Shown: piece by piece, positions 1-13,890 of the stretch
How positions within the stretch are numbered: the first letter of the stretch is position 1
How the letters are laid out: every line of letters begins with the position of its first letter
NCBI GenBank assembly: GCA_051294375.1
Contig: CM119268.1
Location: 2,787,292-2,851,291, forward strand
Length of the DNA stretch: 64,000 nucleotides
Origin: Paraspadella gotoi
Taxonomy: Eukaryota > Animalia > Chaetognatha
Direction: 5' to 3'
Position numbers and translations under genes: made by a program
Notes under the pieces: model-generated
Databases searched by the model: none
Seen by the model: the letters and a program-made list of their open reading frames with translations, nothing else
Told to the model about the DNA's origin: nothing

Positions 1-237
1 TCACAAATCGTAAGAAAAACCTCACCGACTTTGTTTTTTTCTAAAACAGAGAACCATCGTCTTCGTGAAGGTTGAAACGCGAAAAAAATACAAGGGGAGA
101 AGTCGGAGGGAAAAAATTAACTGGGAAATTATACTGAGAAAAAAGAAAGAAAAAGAAAAAGAAAATTGGCTAAAAACGCGTTTGGTCGATTATCGATGGG
201 AGAAGAAAGATTTAGTTGATGAGTCGAGAGGAAGAAA
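1..237 (+). repeat. Direct repeat copy 1 (copy 2 at ~10017-10250)
   Basis: tcacaaatcg...ttgatgagtcgagaggaagaaa recurs at 10017-10250 with mainly single-base indel differences. Confidence 0.9.
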
Positions 238-513
238 AAAACAACGAAGAGAGATGTTGGAGCGGTGGAGGGGAAGAAGGTCGGCGCGGCGCGAGAGGGA
301 AGACAGGTGGCGACGTCCCTGCAAGTCGCAGAAAGCCCGGGGCGGAGACCGGGCGGAGTAGCAAAAGTGGGGTGAAGGGAGTCGTCCCACGGGACGGTCC
401 CACGAGATTTCGTGGCATACGGACTCCAGCCATTGTTTTTCCGTGGAGATTCTAGTAAGTCTTTTAAGTTTTTTCCTCTGGATCCTAGTCTGAATACTCT
501 CTGTCTCTGTCTC

Positions 514-544
<31 letters not shown>

Positions 545-2329
545 TTACAAAGCATAAAAAAGGTTTTGAGGGAACGAGAGAGTCAATAAAAAAAGGAAAA
601 CTCGAGAGGAACGGAGTGGTTGAGAAATTGAAAGGGTGTCGGAGACGCGAGAGTGCTGGATGCTGGATCAAAACCGATTGATGGGGAAGTGCGAGACACG
701 GAAAACCTAAAGGGGTCGACGGACCTCTCCTAGGGTCGGCCTGGGATAATGTTTGAGGTCAGGAATCTTTTTTTCGGTTTTGTATTTTGTTTCTACGTGT
801 TTTTTTTTTTTTTTACGAATATTCGCTAATCAGTTATATTTTTTAAATACTTGATTTATTTAAGGAATGAAATTCTTTTTCCCTTTTTTAACATTTTTTT
901 TTCAAAACATCTTCCTTTCCTCCTAATTTCCTATTTTCCTTTCCTCCTTCTTTTTCTTCTTTTCCTCCCCTCCTTATCTCCTACCTCCTGTTCCTCCCTC
1001 CATATTTCTATTTCTCCCTTTTCCCTCTCTCCTTTCCTCCCTCCTCCTTTTCCCTTTCATCTTCCCCTTCCTTTTTTCTCCATCCCTTTCTCTCTTTTCT
1101 TTATTGCTCCCTCCTTTGGCTATTTCCCTTTCCTACTCGGTTCAACGCATTTTAGAGACGGGTTAACTTTAATCTGTATCATTGACAACGACGACGTCCT
1201 AAAGTTTAAATTGAGGTCGTTGATGATTAAGGGATGAAACTTTGGTCCGGCCATAATACGGTAAGGACTGGAGGTAAGTAAAGGCAGCGCACGCCTCAGG
1301 AAAAGTCGATCGTCTTTCTGAAACTTAACGGGTTTAATATTTTTTTTTTCTGTTCTCACGTGTTTTATGCTATTGTATTAATAGATATAAAACAGTTTAT
1401 TTGGGGGTATTTGGTTTATTTTTCTTCTCTTTTGAAAACGCATATGACGTTTATGAATAAATAAATCTAAATCGTTGGTAAATATGCAAATTGAAAAAAA
1501 TGATATCAAGGTTTGAAAATAAATTGCAAGTTGAAAAAATGATTAAACTACTAGTTGTTCAATCAGCACGAACGAAGTTAAATGCAGAACAAAAATTTCC
1601 AAGTCAAGACTTTGGTAAAAAATGACTCTCTCTCTCCTCTCTCCTTCTCGTCTCTCTCTCTCTCTCCTCTATTGAAATAAGCCCTGGAGATTAAACAGAA
1701 GGATCATTTTTTCTCAAAGCAACCACGAACAGGCGAACTCTCCAATCAATCGTATCTGAACCGGTTTCTTAAGACTGTTATTTAGCTCAATCGACTTTTC
1801 CGACTTTCCAACGTTTAATTTCTGTCACTAAATAGTTTACATAAAGATAAAATAACAAATTAAAATGTTTTTATAAAATAAATTACGTCAATATTTGCCC
1901 TAACTTCTTCTACATTTAAATGTGAAATAATATAGATCTAACGCAATTTTTTTTAATAATTTCATAGAAATAATTTAAATAAAAAATATCATTATACATG
2001 TTTTTAGTTTTAAATCGTATCGCCTTGATAATAATTTTATTATGTAATAATAACTAGGTTTAAGTAAGCGAAATGTCAAATTCTATATTATAATCATTTC
2101 GACAAATGATTATTCTCATTGATGAGAAACGCTCTCGCCGAACTAAGTTCGTTTTAAGTTTTGAAAATGTAAATACTTTTCATTAACCACTAGGTTTTTC
2201 GCCAAAAACCAAAATTTCTACCAAATAAACGAAAGTTTAAGAAGCTGTTAACACCTAAACAATGAATCGATTTCTAAGAAATATTTTTCCTCCTCGCGAC
2301 AGCTTTTCGAATCCTGTTCATTCTCACTT

Positions 2330-2981
2330 TTCGCCAATCCATATTCACAACAAAATGCGTCGTTCCCTTCGAACGCCGTCGCGCGGTCTGCAGCGTGCTG
2401 CAGCGGCTTGCTCGGTCCTGCTGTGCTTGCGCGAAGAAAACGAGTGGCGGCTTCTGCCGCTGTAGCGAGGATGTTCTGCGCCGCACGAGACGACGCCGCG
2501 TCTCTCGGCGTCGATACGTTCGACAACGCGTCGCTTCCGTCGTCTTCCGCGATCGAGTCGTCGCACTCCAATTCGTCGTCGCGACGACATTTGACTTCGT
2601 CGGTTGCCGTCGAAAGCTCGAACGGGCGTCCGTTCGGTCGGGTCATCGGGCGGGACTAATTCGGTGGCAACGGGCTTTACCGGATTGGTCAAGTCGAACG
2701 ACATCAACTGACGAATCGCGTCCACCGAGGCTTCGTCCTTTTTTCGAAGAACGCCGAATCCCCATCGACCATTCCGTCCCCACCAGAATCGCAACGACGA
2801 CCCCGAAACGACGGCTACTTCTTGATTCCATGTTCGTCCAGATACGGCCGTCGCCATGGCCTTCCCGCTTCGAAGACTCCGTCCGGTCATACGTGGAAGA
2901 GGTTGGACGGGGTCTCCACGCTCTAGCCGTGCAACGTTCCAGTTTCTGTGGTGAGTATGGAGTGCGGCGAGTGTCGTCGCC
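2330..2981 (-). CDS. Candidate host exon, unknown product, frameshifted in this assembly
   Basis: GC-rich island in AT-rich DNA; minus-strand acceptor ttcctcttttcgttcgcag at ~2982-3000; overlapping protein-like ORFs (DEASVDAIRQLMSFDLTNPVKPVATELVPPDD; DDELECDDSIAEDDGSDALSNVSTPRDAASS); no family recognised. Confidence 0.45.
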
Positions 2982-3338
2982 TGCGAACGAAAAGAGGAAC
3001 GAAAGCCTTTTCTAAGAAAACCGTTGAGGTCGGTGAAAGCTCAACGAAACCAAGGATGAATGAGATAATCAAGGGAAATGAATGCGGATGGAATTGTTGG
3101 TAAGATCTTGCTTTTGTTTGTTCATTCTGTCTGTCTGGTCTGTCGTCTGTCTGTCTCTGCTGTTTCTATCCGTTTCGTTTCTACCCCATCCAACAATGTC
3201 TTCTTAAACAATGTAAACTACGTACTATCTCTCTCTTCTGTCTTTCTCATCTCATCTCCTCTCTCTCTGATCTCTCTCTCCTCTCGTCTTCTTCTCTTGT
3301 CTCCTCTCTCCTCTCTCGGCTCCCACTCTTTCCATCAA

Positions 3339-3636
3339 GGTCTCAGCAAGACGATGGCGAATGGCACTACAAACGCAAATTGGATCTCACGGTACGCTCC
3401 TGGGGATGGTACCCTTGGCCAAGTGTTCCTCATCATTCCGGTCTACTACGAACACGGACACGGCGCAGAGGATCGTACCGACTACGAAGATGTACTGGAT
3501 TGATTCAATTCTTCCGCGTCGTCCACGACTCGCTGCTCAAGCTCGAGGGCTAAATTCGGGCCTCAAAAGACATACAGCCGGAGTTTCCAATGGCAATGGG
3601 GCAGCCCCAGTTCGATCTCTTCTGCATATTATCCAA
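3339..3636 (+). CDS. Possible exon (low-quality sequence), product unknown
   Basis: High-complexity, GC-richer block right after a long polypyrimidine tract ending ccatcaag; no single clean frame. Confidence 0.25.
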
Positions 3637-4123
3637 GGTTGCTTTCGTTTTTTCTCATTGAAAAGAGAAAACAAATTGTTCCCAAATTGGGAGCAACCAC
3701 AGTGAGGCTAAGTGGCGAATTGCCAAAATGACGCATTCGACTGTCCCCTAATTATTCATCTATGTGTTTTGAAATGGTCAAATCAATTGCTGAAATCTAC
3801 AAAAAAAAGATCAGAAAAGTTTTATGTAAGGAAAATATTCAATTCCTTTCGACATGTTAGAATTTTAAAAAAAAAGTACTCAAGTGATGGGTTTTGAGTT
3901 CGAGACTTTCTGTCCACCTTATAATTTAGTGAAGCCGACTGACGGTTAGCCCGCCCGCCAGTAGCTTTGGCTCATCAACTGCTAGTTATACGGACAGTGT
4001 TTAGGCTTAATTTTCCTACAATAATCTTAATTGTTGTTAATTTATTATGTATTATTATTATTATTTGTGTTAAAAGAAAAGTCCTTTCACAAATAAGGAA
4101 ATTACATCGTCTTTTCTTTTCAG

Positions 4124-4350
4124 TGGCACGCGTTCGTGGAGGACCTAAGCTTGACGACTGTCACTCGAAACATTATAATCTCCACCCAAGAGATCGGTTC
4201 GCATTGCTCGCGTCTGAGTCTTCAACCCGCTACTTGGTCTACGTCCCGTGCGACTCTTGTCCAATCGTGAAGCGAATACCGGGGAGCACGACGACTGGTT
4301 CACAGTGAAACGGAATCAACACTATCACGAAAAATCACGAATCCTGTTGG
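4124..4350 (+). CDS. Possible exon, product unknown
   Basis: Acceptor-like cttttctttttcag followed by a high-complexity block; frame unresolved. Confidence 0.2.
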
Positions 4351-5061
4351 TGAACGGACTGACGAAGAAGCAATGGGAGGGAGGGGAGGTTTTCAAAACT
4401 ATCAATAATCATGTATGAATAATGGATTAATAGGAAATCTAGTAAAATTCCACTGTATGTTGAAAGTACTAATGTAGTGAATTACAATTATTTATTCCAA
4501 TTATGCCAACCTAATTTCCTCGTTCGTGACCTTGTTTGGTAACCAGCCAATTGCTCAATATTTTGTTGCATCTCCTTCATAAAATTATACAATTCAATTT
4601 TTAAGTAAATTGATAGTCAAATTTTTTATACTATAATCTGATTAAGACTTATAAGTAAGCTTATCAACTAGTCAGAGAGAACAATTTGGTTAAATTTAGT
4701 AACGATGTTATAATATTATAAATTCGTTAGCGATCAACTATGAATCCCACATCTTTCCTTTCCCAGTCTCCGTCACACTACACACCGAAATCGACTCACC
4801 CAATTCCTCACCCTTTTCACTCTTCCCGATTCTCCCCAGGTTGTCGCGTCGTCGAGAGAGCAGAATCCGCCGGTCAAGAGAAAAAAGGGATCGCAATTAA
4901 GCGTCTTGGGTTCAAAGAAAACCAAAACAAACAATCGAAAACACAAAGAGTTTTTCTCTCCTCACTCTCATCTCACTCTCTTTCTCCTCCTCTCTCTCTA
5001 CTCTCGTCTCCTCCTCCTCTCTGGTCCCGCGTGGATCAATTATAGGAGTTGAAGAGAGAGG

Positions 5062-5152
<91 letters not shown>

Positions 5153-6489
5153 TTTTTTAAGTCGGTTGTTTGTTTTGGAAGAAAGCTCGATAGATTCACT
5201 CGAACGAAAATCGTTTTGCGGTTCTTTAACTCGAGAATTCCAATTTTTAAAAGTTTTTTTTCTTTTCCGGATTTTTAGATCCTCCTTTTTAGTTGAAAGG
5301 TTGTCCTGTAATTTATGGTTTTTAACTCTCTTTTTTGAAAAAGGCCCTTTAAAGAAGCGCGCATGTACGAATTTATCGGTCCTAGAGAGCCGAGGTGTAA
5401 TCAAAAACTTTTGTCGATTTCGAACTGAATATTTTAACACGACGAAAGAGAATTAAAAAAATCTTTTGACGAGTCAATCGTAAAAAATGATCGTTAAAAA
5501 ATCCGGGACAGAAAAATATTTTCCAATTCGACTTCTTCCTAAATAAACAGGGCCAATTTTATGCAAGGATTTTTGATCAAGCGAATGATTCCTTCTCATC
5601 CTCTCTCTCTCCTCTTCTCTCTCTCTCTCTCTTCTCTTCCTCTCTTTCTCTCTTCCTCTCTCTCTCTCTCATTCTCTCTTCTCTCTCTCTCTCCTCTGCT
5701 TTTGCGGCTGTCGTTGAGTTAATAAAGATCAAACAATCCAGGCGAGATATTTTGGAGTCGTAATTTGAATTTAACGCAACGCCTTGGAAAATATGGCGTC
5801 GGATTCATAAATAAGAAAATGTCTTTACTGAAAAAAAGAAATTTTGAGAGGGATTTAGTTACGTTACTTTGATCTATCAAAATACAGTTTCTAAATGATC
5901 ATTACGAGTAGTACGGACAGATCAGACTATACCAACTTTTCTAAAAAAAATCTGGATCAAATAACCAAAATAAACATGGTTTTATTTTAAGATGCATTAA
6001 TTTTGGGTGCAACCGAAAAAAGAGTTCCATGGCCGAGATTTTTCAAAATCATTTCTTTTCTTTGTTTTTTCTTTAATTTATTCAGTTTTTTATTTTCTTT
6101 GACTAAAGTCAGAACTGCAAATCTGCTTGGAGAAAGAATTTTAAGGTCTTGACAGACTTCGGAAAAAATTCTTGCAGCTCTCCTCTCAGAGTCGATCTGG
6201 ATTATTAATTTTTTTTATTAAAAAAATGTATAACTTTGTTGTTGTTTTTTTTTTTTTTCAAAACTGAAAAATATGAAAACATTATTTTTAAAAATTTAAA
6301 AGTCCTTTCTTTTTTTTTCTTTTTATACTCTTTTTCTTTCTTTCCTTCTTCTTCCTTCTTTCTTTCTTTCTTCAGCGGCTCTTGCCGTCAAATTTATTTC
6401 TTACAGCACATAAAACGATTCGAATAAAAAATAGAAGAGAAAAACCTCAAGATTTTCATCACATTTTGTAGGCCAGAAAAAAAATCGAA

Positions 6490-6900
6490 GAGATTTGAGG
6501 TGGAAGGTTCGGATGAACAGGCGAGAGTAATTTACATGGGGGGAGAGAATGTCTAAAGCGAAATGGTAGCAAAAGTTCTCAAAGACATAATACAAGGAAG
6601 GGTAGACAAAAGATCAGCCTGTTTCATGGGGCCAATAATTAATAGACATTGGATAGGGAAACAATTTCATTGACCAAGCAATCTTGTACGAAATATAGCA
6701 CAATTTTAATCATTGCTAAGTAGCAGGGCTATGACGGCAAGTCGGAGCAATTGAGTAAAGGTAGATGATCCATCGTGTCTTCAACGGTCTAACATTCTCG
6801 CATTCAGGAAAAGAGACCAATCGATCCGTCTATCTGTCTATCCCTGCGATGTAAGAAAAACGGGAATGGCTTTATGAACTTTGCTAATCCCCGAGTTGGG
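6490..6900 (+). mobile_element. Possible degenerate non-LTR (LINE) reverse-transcriptase fragment
   Basis: Broken frames give VAKVLKDIIQGRV..FMG.. and a KAYD-like motif (cagggctatgac), in the order seen in LINE RT subdomains; weak. Confidence 0.3.
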
Positions 6901-8147
6901 TAAGAAGGGGAGAGAGGAAGGTGGGGTGAGGGAAGGTAGGGTGAGGGAAGTGGGTGAGTGGGTGGCGCTGTTATGTATTTTTTTCGGGGTGAAGAAAGAA
7001 ACACGAACTTCGACGAAACGAAAAAAAAAAAAGGATCGGAAAGCGTAAGCAGATGCAACCGAAAGAGGTTTTAATCTCTTTCCTTCTTCAGGCGCAGATT
7101 ATAGCGCTCAATTGGAAAAAAGATTTGCGGTGGAAATTTGAAGATGGAAAATGTTGAGGGAAGAAATCGTTAATAAAAAGTAATATGTTGATATTTATAT
7201 TCTATTATGTTTTGTTTTGTATTTTTTTGTTAGGGGCCGATTTAAATTTTTCGCGCGATCAGATTCGTATCGGATTTTATTTTTACAAGATCGATTAATC
7301 GTAATAAAAATAAAATTCGATGAAATTTTTGTGTATTTGGAGGAAAAATATGAGAGGATTATATTTCCATTTTTTTTCCACTTTTTGGTTGAGAGAATTA
7401 AAGTTTTGACAGAGAATGACGGGAAAATCAAATATATTATCCTTGCTTTCTTTTTCTTTAATTTGAACAATAATATTGTTTCTGTGTCCAAGCTTTACAT
7501 TTTAAACTTGTTTTTTTATTATTCATTATGTTTTATGATTACGAAGGTATAGTAACGATTCGATCTGCGCTTCTCTCCTCCCCCTCTCTCTCTGCTCTCT
7601 CTCTCTCTTCTCTTTCCTCTTCTTCTCCTCCTCTGCTTCTCTCCTCTCTCTCTCTCTCCCAGCGACCCCGCCGTATATATTCCAAAGAGGAATAAAAATA
7701 TCAAGAAATAAAACAATCAAAATCTTTTTTTCTCTTTTAAAAAAAAGATTCGCCGATTTTTGACATTTCGATCGCATCTTTTAACATTTTTTTTTTCCCC
7801 CTCCCCTTCTCATTTGAAATAAACTTAAAAAAAATCCATCAGGAAAAAAAGAAAGAAAGAAAGAGAGAGAAACGAAAGATTTTTCGTGGGTGGGGAAAAA
7901 AATGAAAAGTGTTTTTGAAGAAAGAGAAAGCTTCTCTTCGATTTTAGTAGGAAATGCTTTTTTCGATAATAAATATATTTATGTTTAAGAATTGTATAAA
8001 ATCCGCATAATTAACAATTTGTTGTTTTGTTGTTTAAGGACAGGTAAATATCACAGAATAACCATTTTATAGTGCCATCGGTCAGACTGATCAAGTGGTA
8101 ACTATCGCCGTATATGCCACGAGAAAGAGAGAGAGAAGAGAAGAAGA

Positions 8148-8181
<34 letters not shown>

Positions 8182-9223
8182 AGACAGAAATACAAGAAAG
8201 ACAGAAAAGAATAAAATATTTTTGTATTTTAAACGATCTAATTTTTACGATTTTCCTTCAAGTTTTATTTCATTATATGCGGAGACTAAATTTAAAAAAG
8301 AGGGAAAAAAAAAAGAACCTGATTTTAGTCGAGGATACAGGAGAACCGTTTGTTGCGATGTCGATGTAAGTTGATGAAGCCGGTGTGTGTTTTTGGTTTT
8401 CCTTTAATGTTTCTGCGGTTTTTCTGAAAATATAATAGATAATATAACATGAATTATCAATATCATTCCAAAACTCTATTATTTATTACTAATAATAAAT
8501 GTTTTTAATAAATTTTCTTCCGTCATTATAATTTTTTTGGAGTCACCATCGTCGTCGTTCTCGACGTCGGTCGTCGCATCTTCATGCGTCGTCGTCGTCG
8601 TCGTCGTCGTCATCGTCGTCTCTCGTCTCGTCGTCGTAAAACTTTATTGCAGAAATCATCGACCTCGTTGACAATTAAGAGCGAAAGGAAAAAAAACTCG
8701 AAAACCTGAGCATCTTCATTTTATTAAATGTGTTTTTTTTTTAAGTCTGATGTTCGAGTAATTTTTCGTAACAACGACGACGAAAGACGAACAACAACAA
8801 CAACAACAAGACGAACAACAAACGACGACAAAGACGGACCCCTCGCTTCGTTTCTTCACACGGTTTTCAATAAAAGTCCGAGAAACCAAATGGGCAATCG
8901 CGGAGACGAGGTGACATACTCAAAACAAACCAACTAAAATTTATCATGTTAATGATATCACTAAATTGGAAGTTTTAGTACTAATTATATAATCGAGGCG
9001 AAACCTTAGTAAATTAGAAGAATTGTGAGCGAAAAGAAAAAACCCGCAGCTTGCAATATTTTTTTTTTTAGTTCGTGCAATTTCACATTTTGAAGAATTT
9101 TTTTTTTCTCTATTTTTTTTTTTTTGGTAAGAAATAGTGGCGGGAGTTGTAGGTAGAGAGAGAGAGGGGAGAAATGATAGTTTAATAGATTGATGGAAGA
9201 AGGAGAGAGATGAGAGAGAGAGC

Positions 9224-9289
<66 letters not shown>

Positions 9290-9419
9290 TAGAGAGAGAA
9301 GAGATTGCGAAGAAAACTAATAAGCGACAGAGAGCGTGATAGTGAGAAAGCATATGGAATACTGGTCTGTGAATTTGAATGCGGTGCAGGCGGAATGAAG
9401 CTTGATCACTGGGGATTGA

Positions 9420-9455
<36 letters not shown>

Positions 9456-10016
9456 AAGAGAGAGAGAGAGAGAGAAGGAGAGAGAGAAGAGAGGGAAAGA
9501 TCGAGGATGAAAACTCTCCGCTTCACGACGGCCTTTGAGATAATTCACTCTTACATTTCACAGACCAGAGAAATTGATCTTTGCGGCGGAGATATGTAAA
9601 AAAAAACGCAAACATAAACATAACGCGACGAGAAAGTCAATTTAAATATGGAAAATATTGAACAAAGAAATCATCGGTTGAGTTTGATCGAAAGCGATTG
9701 GCTGGGGAGAAAATTCCTCAATTAATTTTTCCATCTTGGTTTAATTTTCGAATTTAAGGAAGTCGAATTTTTATTCATTTTTAAAAAAGTTTAAGATAAT
9801 TGTACGATGGAAGGAAACATGGACATTGACTGTTCAAAAGTCAGCGGCAAGTTAGTTTGTTTTAATAAATAAATAATTAAATTAGAAAGTTCTATAATTT
9901 CATGTTTGTTTCCAGACGGCACTCGTTCACTATAAACTACCTACTCCTTCTCCTTCCTCCTCCTCCTCCTTGATCCCTGAAAATTTCAAAATTCATCTTC
10001 TAGAATCCTAAATCAT

Positions 10017-10250
10017 CACAAATCGAAGAAAAACCTCAACGCGACTTTGTTTTTTTCTAAAACAGAGAACCACGTCTTCGTGGAAGGTTGAAACGCAAAA
10101 AAAATACAAGGGAGAAGTCGAGGGAAAAAATTACTGGAAATTATACTGAAAAAAGAAGAAAAAGAAAAAAGAAAATTGGCTAAAAACGCGTTTGGGTCGA
10201 TTATCGATGGGAGAAGAAAAGATTTAGTTGATGAGTCGAGAGGAAGAAAG
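10017..10250 (+). repeat. Direct repeat copy 2 of 1-237
   Basis: Direct sequence match, ends at a (GA)n tract. Confidence 0.9.
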
Positions 10251-10282
10251 AGAGAAAGAAGAGAGAGAGAGAGAGAGAGAGA

Positions 10283-10352
<70 letters not shown>

Positions 10353-10750
10353 GATTAAGATCGAAGCCTCGTTTAGCACCGCGAGTCATGAGTTTTTAGA
10401 CTCGCTCGCTTTTCCCCCGGTTTTTTTTCGCTCCATTCTTTTTTCTCTTCTCTATTAACCTCTCTCTCATCGACTAGACCTATTNNNNNNNNNNNNNNNN
10501 NNNNNNNNNTTTTTAACTTCTCTACTCATATCCTTCTTTTAAGTTTTCTTCTCTTTTTAATTGATACTCACTTTTTTCTTCCCTATCTTTTCTACCCTCT
10601 TTCCCCTCTTTTCACGAAGATATTTCTTCTCTAACCTCTCTATGAAAATTCCCATTCCCCTTTCTCTTTCTCTCTCCCTCTCAATTTCATCCCTTTGCTC
10701 CCCTCCACCCCCCTTTCTATTTCTCTCTCCCTCGAGAAGAGAGGGAGAGG

Positions 10751-10788
<38 letters not shown>

Positions 10789-11140
10789 AGATCGAAGCCT
10801 CGTTTAGCACCGCCGAGTCATGAGTTTTTAGACTCGCTCGCTTTTCCCCCGGTTTTTTTTTCGCTCCATTCTTTTTCTCTTCTCTATTAACCTCTTCTCT
10901 CGACTAGACCTATCTTTTTTAACTTCTCTACTCATATCCTTCTTTTAAGTTTTCTTCTCTTTTAATTAGATACTCACTTTTTTCTTCCTACTATTTGCTA
11001 CCCTCTTTCCCCTCTTTTCACGAAGATTATTCTTCTCTAACCTCTCTATGAAAATTCCCATTCCCCTTTCTCTTTTCTCTCTCCCTCTCAATTTCAGTCC
11101 CTTTGCTCCCCTCCACCCCCTTTCTATTTCTCTCTCCCCA
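10353..11140 (+). repeat. ~430-bp tandem duplication straddling the 25-N gap at 10485-10509
   Basis: gattaagatcgaagcctcgtttagcacc at ~10353 and ~10784; 10510-10730 repeats at ~10915-11140. Confidence 0.85.
10485..10509. other. Assembly gap of 25 N (identical gaps at 11585-11609, 35862-35886, 50046-50070, 57067-57091)
   Basis: Counted directly. Confidence 0.99.
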
Positions 11141-11249
11141 TCCTGTCCATTTTCAAAGTAAATAAAGTCATGGGAGATCGAGACGGAGAATCGAGACTCG
11201 ACTCATTCACGGTCCTCGATTAATCACGAAGAAGAGAGAGAGAGAGAGA

Positions 11250-11286
<37 letters not shown>

Positions 11287-11463
11287 AGAAGAGAGAGAGA
11301 GAGAGAGAGAGAAAAGATTCACATCTTGAAATCGTGAAATTGTTTTATGGCGATTTTTCCTTTTTCGTTTTTTTCAAAAATCGTCAAAGCCAAGAATTGT
11401 ATTCGATTCGGATTTTAGATACAAAAAATATCTTTATTCTATCTCTTTTCTTCCTCTCTCTCT

Positions 11464-11530
<67 letters not shown>

Positions 11531-11864
11531 CTCTCTCTCTCTCTCTCTCTCTCGCCCGCCTCTCGCTCGCCGCATCTGCTTCGANNNNNNNNNNNNNNNN
11601 NNNNNNNNNCCGAAGAGCAACAAACGGAAACTTTCTCTCTTCCTCTGTTTCCACAACAACAAAACAGACGAAACACGTGGAAAAAACGCGATAGAAACAG
11701 ACGTCGAGGAAAAAGGCTAAGCTAATGTTTGCAATCTTATTAGTCGTTTCTTGTTTTTGATTTGTTTTTTTTTTTTCAAAGTTTAAAAAAAAAAATTGAG
11801 TTTTGGTCGACAAAGTCGAAGAGAGAGAGAGGAAGGAAGAGGAGCAGAAGTTGAGGAAATTCAC

Positions 11865-11940
11865 TGAAAAATTGATTTATGAAATTGGAACAACCAATAT
11901 AAAAATTATCCAATCATTTAATAAATAAGCTATTTTGCCT
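11865..11940 (+). repeat. Short dispersed repeat (also ~37590-37665, inverted at ~49410-49475)
   Basis: tatgaaattgg(a/t)acaaccaatataaaaattatcca..ataaataagctat shared. Confidence 0.75.
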
Positions 11941-12114
11941 TTCAATGAAGTGGTATAATATTTCAAAGAATGTTTCAATTGTAAGAAAAGAAAGATCCGT
12001 TCATATTAGAATATCATCATATCATATCATATCATTATCAAAGTGGTAATTTTGTCTTTAAAGGCGCCCTCTATGGCCACTCAATCGTGAGGTGACCTTT
12101 GTAGGCTCTTTCTT

Positions 12115-12305
12115 TTACCACTCCGTAGTGTGTTGGTCTTTGAAATCTATTTAGCTTACCAAACAAAAGTGAGTTGACCATTACAGGTTTCCTATGACCG
12201 CACAGTAGTGAGTTTGTCATTTCAGGTTCCCTATGTGACCGCACCGTAGTGAGTTTGTCATTGCATGTTCCCTATCCCTCCGCACCGTAGTGAGTTGGCC
12301 ATTGA
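12115..12305 (+). repeat. Minisatellite, ~40-45-bp unit, about 5 degenerate copies
   Basis: Recurring ccgcaccgtagtgagtttgtcatt..gttccctat. Confidence 0.75.
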
Positions 12306-12799
12306 AGGCACGCTTGGCGAAGGAGACACGCGCCAGGTGACGAACGAAGTTTCGAATTATCGTCGAATTTCGATCGTCGGTGAAAAATCATTCACTTCCG
12401 TCCATTTCTCTTCCTTTCTTTTCCTTTTTTTTTTCTTTCTTTTTTCCTTTCTTTTCCATAAATCTTTTTTTTTCTTTGCATATTTTTCGGTCGTTAATAA
12501 AGTTTTGCCTTCGAGTTTTCGTCACGTTCTCTTTCCCAACGAAAAAGAAATATTTCAGATGATTTTAAAAAAAGATTAATTTAAAATGATATTTTTCAAA
12601 CATGTTTTTTTGGTTTTTTTTTTTTTTTTTGTTTTTCTTTCGTCTTTGCCAAGTTTTAGATTTGAGGAAAGCTCTGGAGAAAGAATCAATCACATTCGAC
12701 TAAATTTATATGTATTTTTATATTTACAGTATACAGTTTCATTAACAGTTTTGGTTCGTTTTTTTCTGAAAAAACTCTGTTTGGTCGATTTTTTTTAAT

Positions 12800-12877
<78 letters not shown>

Positions 12878-13194
12878 GACATGCCGACGGCTAGATTCGC
12901 AATCACATCCGGATCTTGCAAAGACGCAGCCTTCGACGAACATCCTTCCTCGTTCTACTTTCTATTACATCCTTCGGCTACGCGGTTCTTTCCGTTACAT
13001 CCTTCACGTGTAACATCCTGAATCTCCCATTCTTTTTCGATTTCGTCCTTCAACTTCCTCTTCCTGGTACATACCTAACCCTCCCATTGTTTATCTATTA
13101 CATCCCTTCACCTTCCCTCTTTCTTCAATTACATCCCTTCACGAATTCTCCATTATTTCATTATCTCACCATAGATCGCTTTTCTCCGATCTTT

Positions 13195-13595
13195 TGTCTT
13201 TATCTTCGTCTCTGATCTTAATCGATCTTCATCTTTCTCTTTCTTTCTCTTTCTTTCGTTTCTTTCTCTTCTCTCTGTCTCACTCTTATCCTTTATATTT
13301 CTCTTTCTTTTTCTTCCTTTCTCTTTTTTCTGTCTCACTCTTATCCTTTATAATTCTCTTTCTTTTTCTTTCTTTCTCTTTTTTCTGTCTCACCCTTATC
13401 CTTTATATTTCTCTTTCTTTTTCTTTCTTTCTCTTCGTTCACTTTTTTTCTCTTCTTTCTGTCTCACTCTTATCCTTCATCTTTCTCTATCTTTCTCTTT
13501 CTTTCTCTGCTTTCTGTATCTTTCTTTTCCTTTGTCTTTCTCTTTCTTTTTCTTTCTTTCTCTTCTCTCTGTCTCATTCTTATCCTTCATCTTTC
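13195..13595 (+). repeat. Pyrimidine-rich minisatellite, ~60-bp unit
   Basis: Recurring tctgtctcactcttatccttt(a/c)t..tctctttct. Confidence 0.75.
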
Positions 13596-13831
13596 TTAAT
13601 CTCCTCAATTACTAAAATCTCATCTTGCTTCTTAGTATAGTAATAATAGTTTTATTCATAAAATTTGTTATTTACATCTCATTCACTTTATCTTCCTTGT
13701 AGTAGAAAACTAAACAATTAACCAAAGCAGTCCGCTTAATTTGGTATTGTGTGAAAATTTTTATCAAAATTAAACATTGCAGTATTCAAAAATCAAAAAT
13801 ACTTTTGATCAGTTTTTTACTTGAGAGACAC

Positions 13832-13890
<59 letters not shown>

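Noticed and set aside
2330-3636. Family assignments for candidate exons (thioesterase-like, transporter-like)
   Set aside because: Resemblances were a few residues across broken frames; not supportable without a homology search
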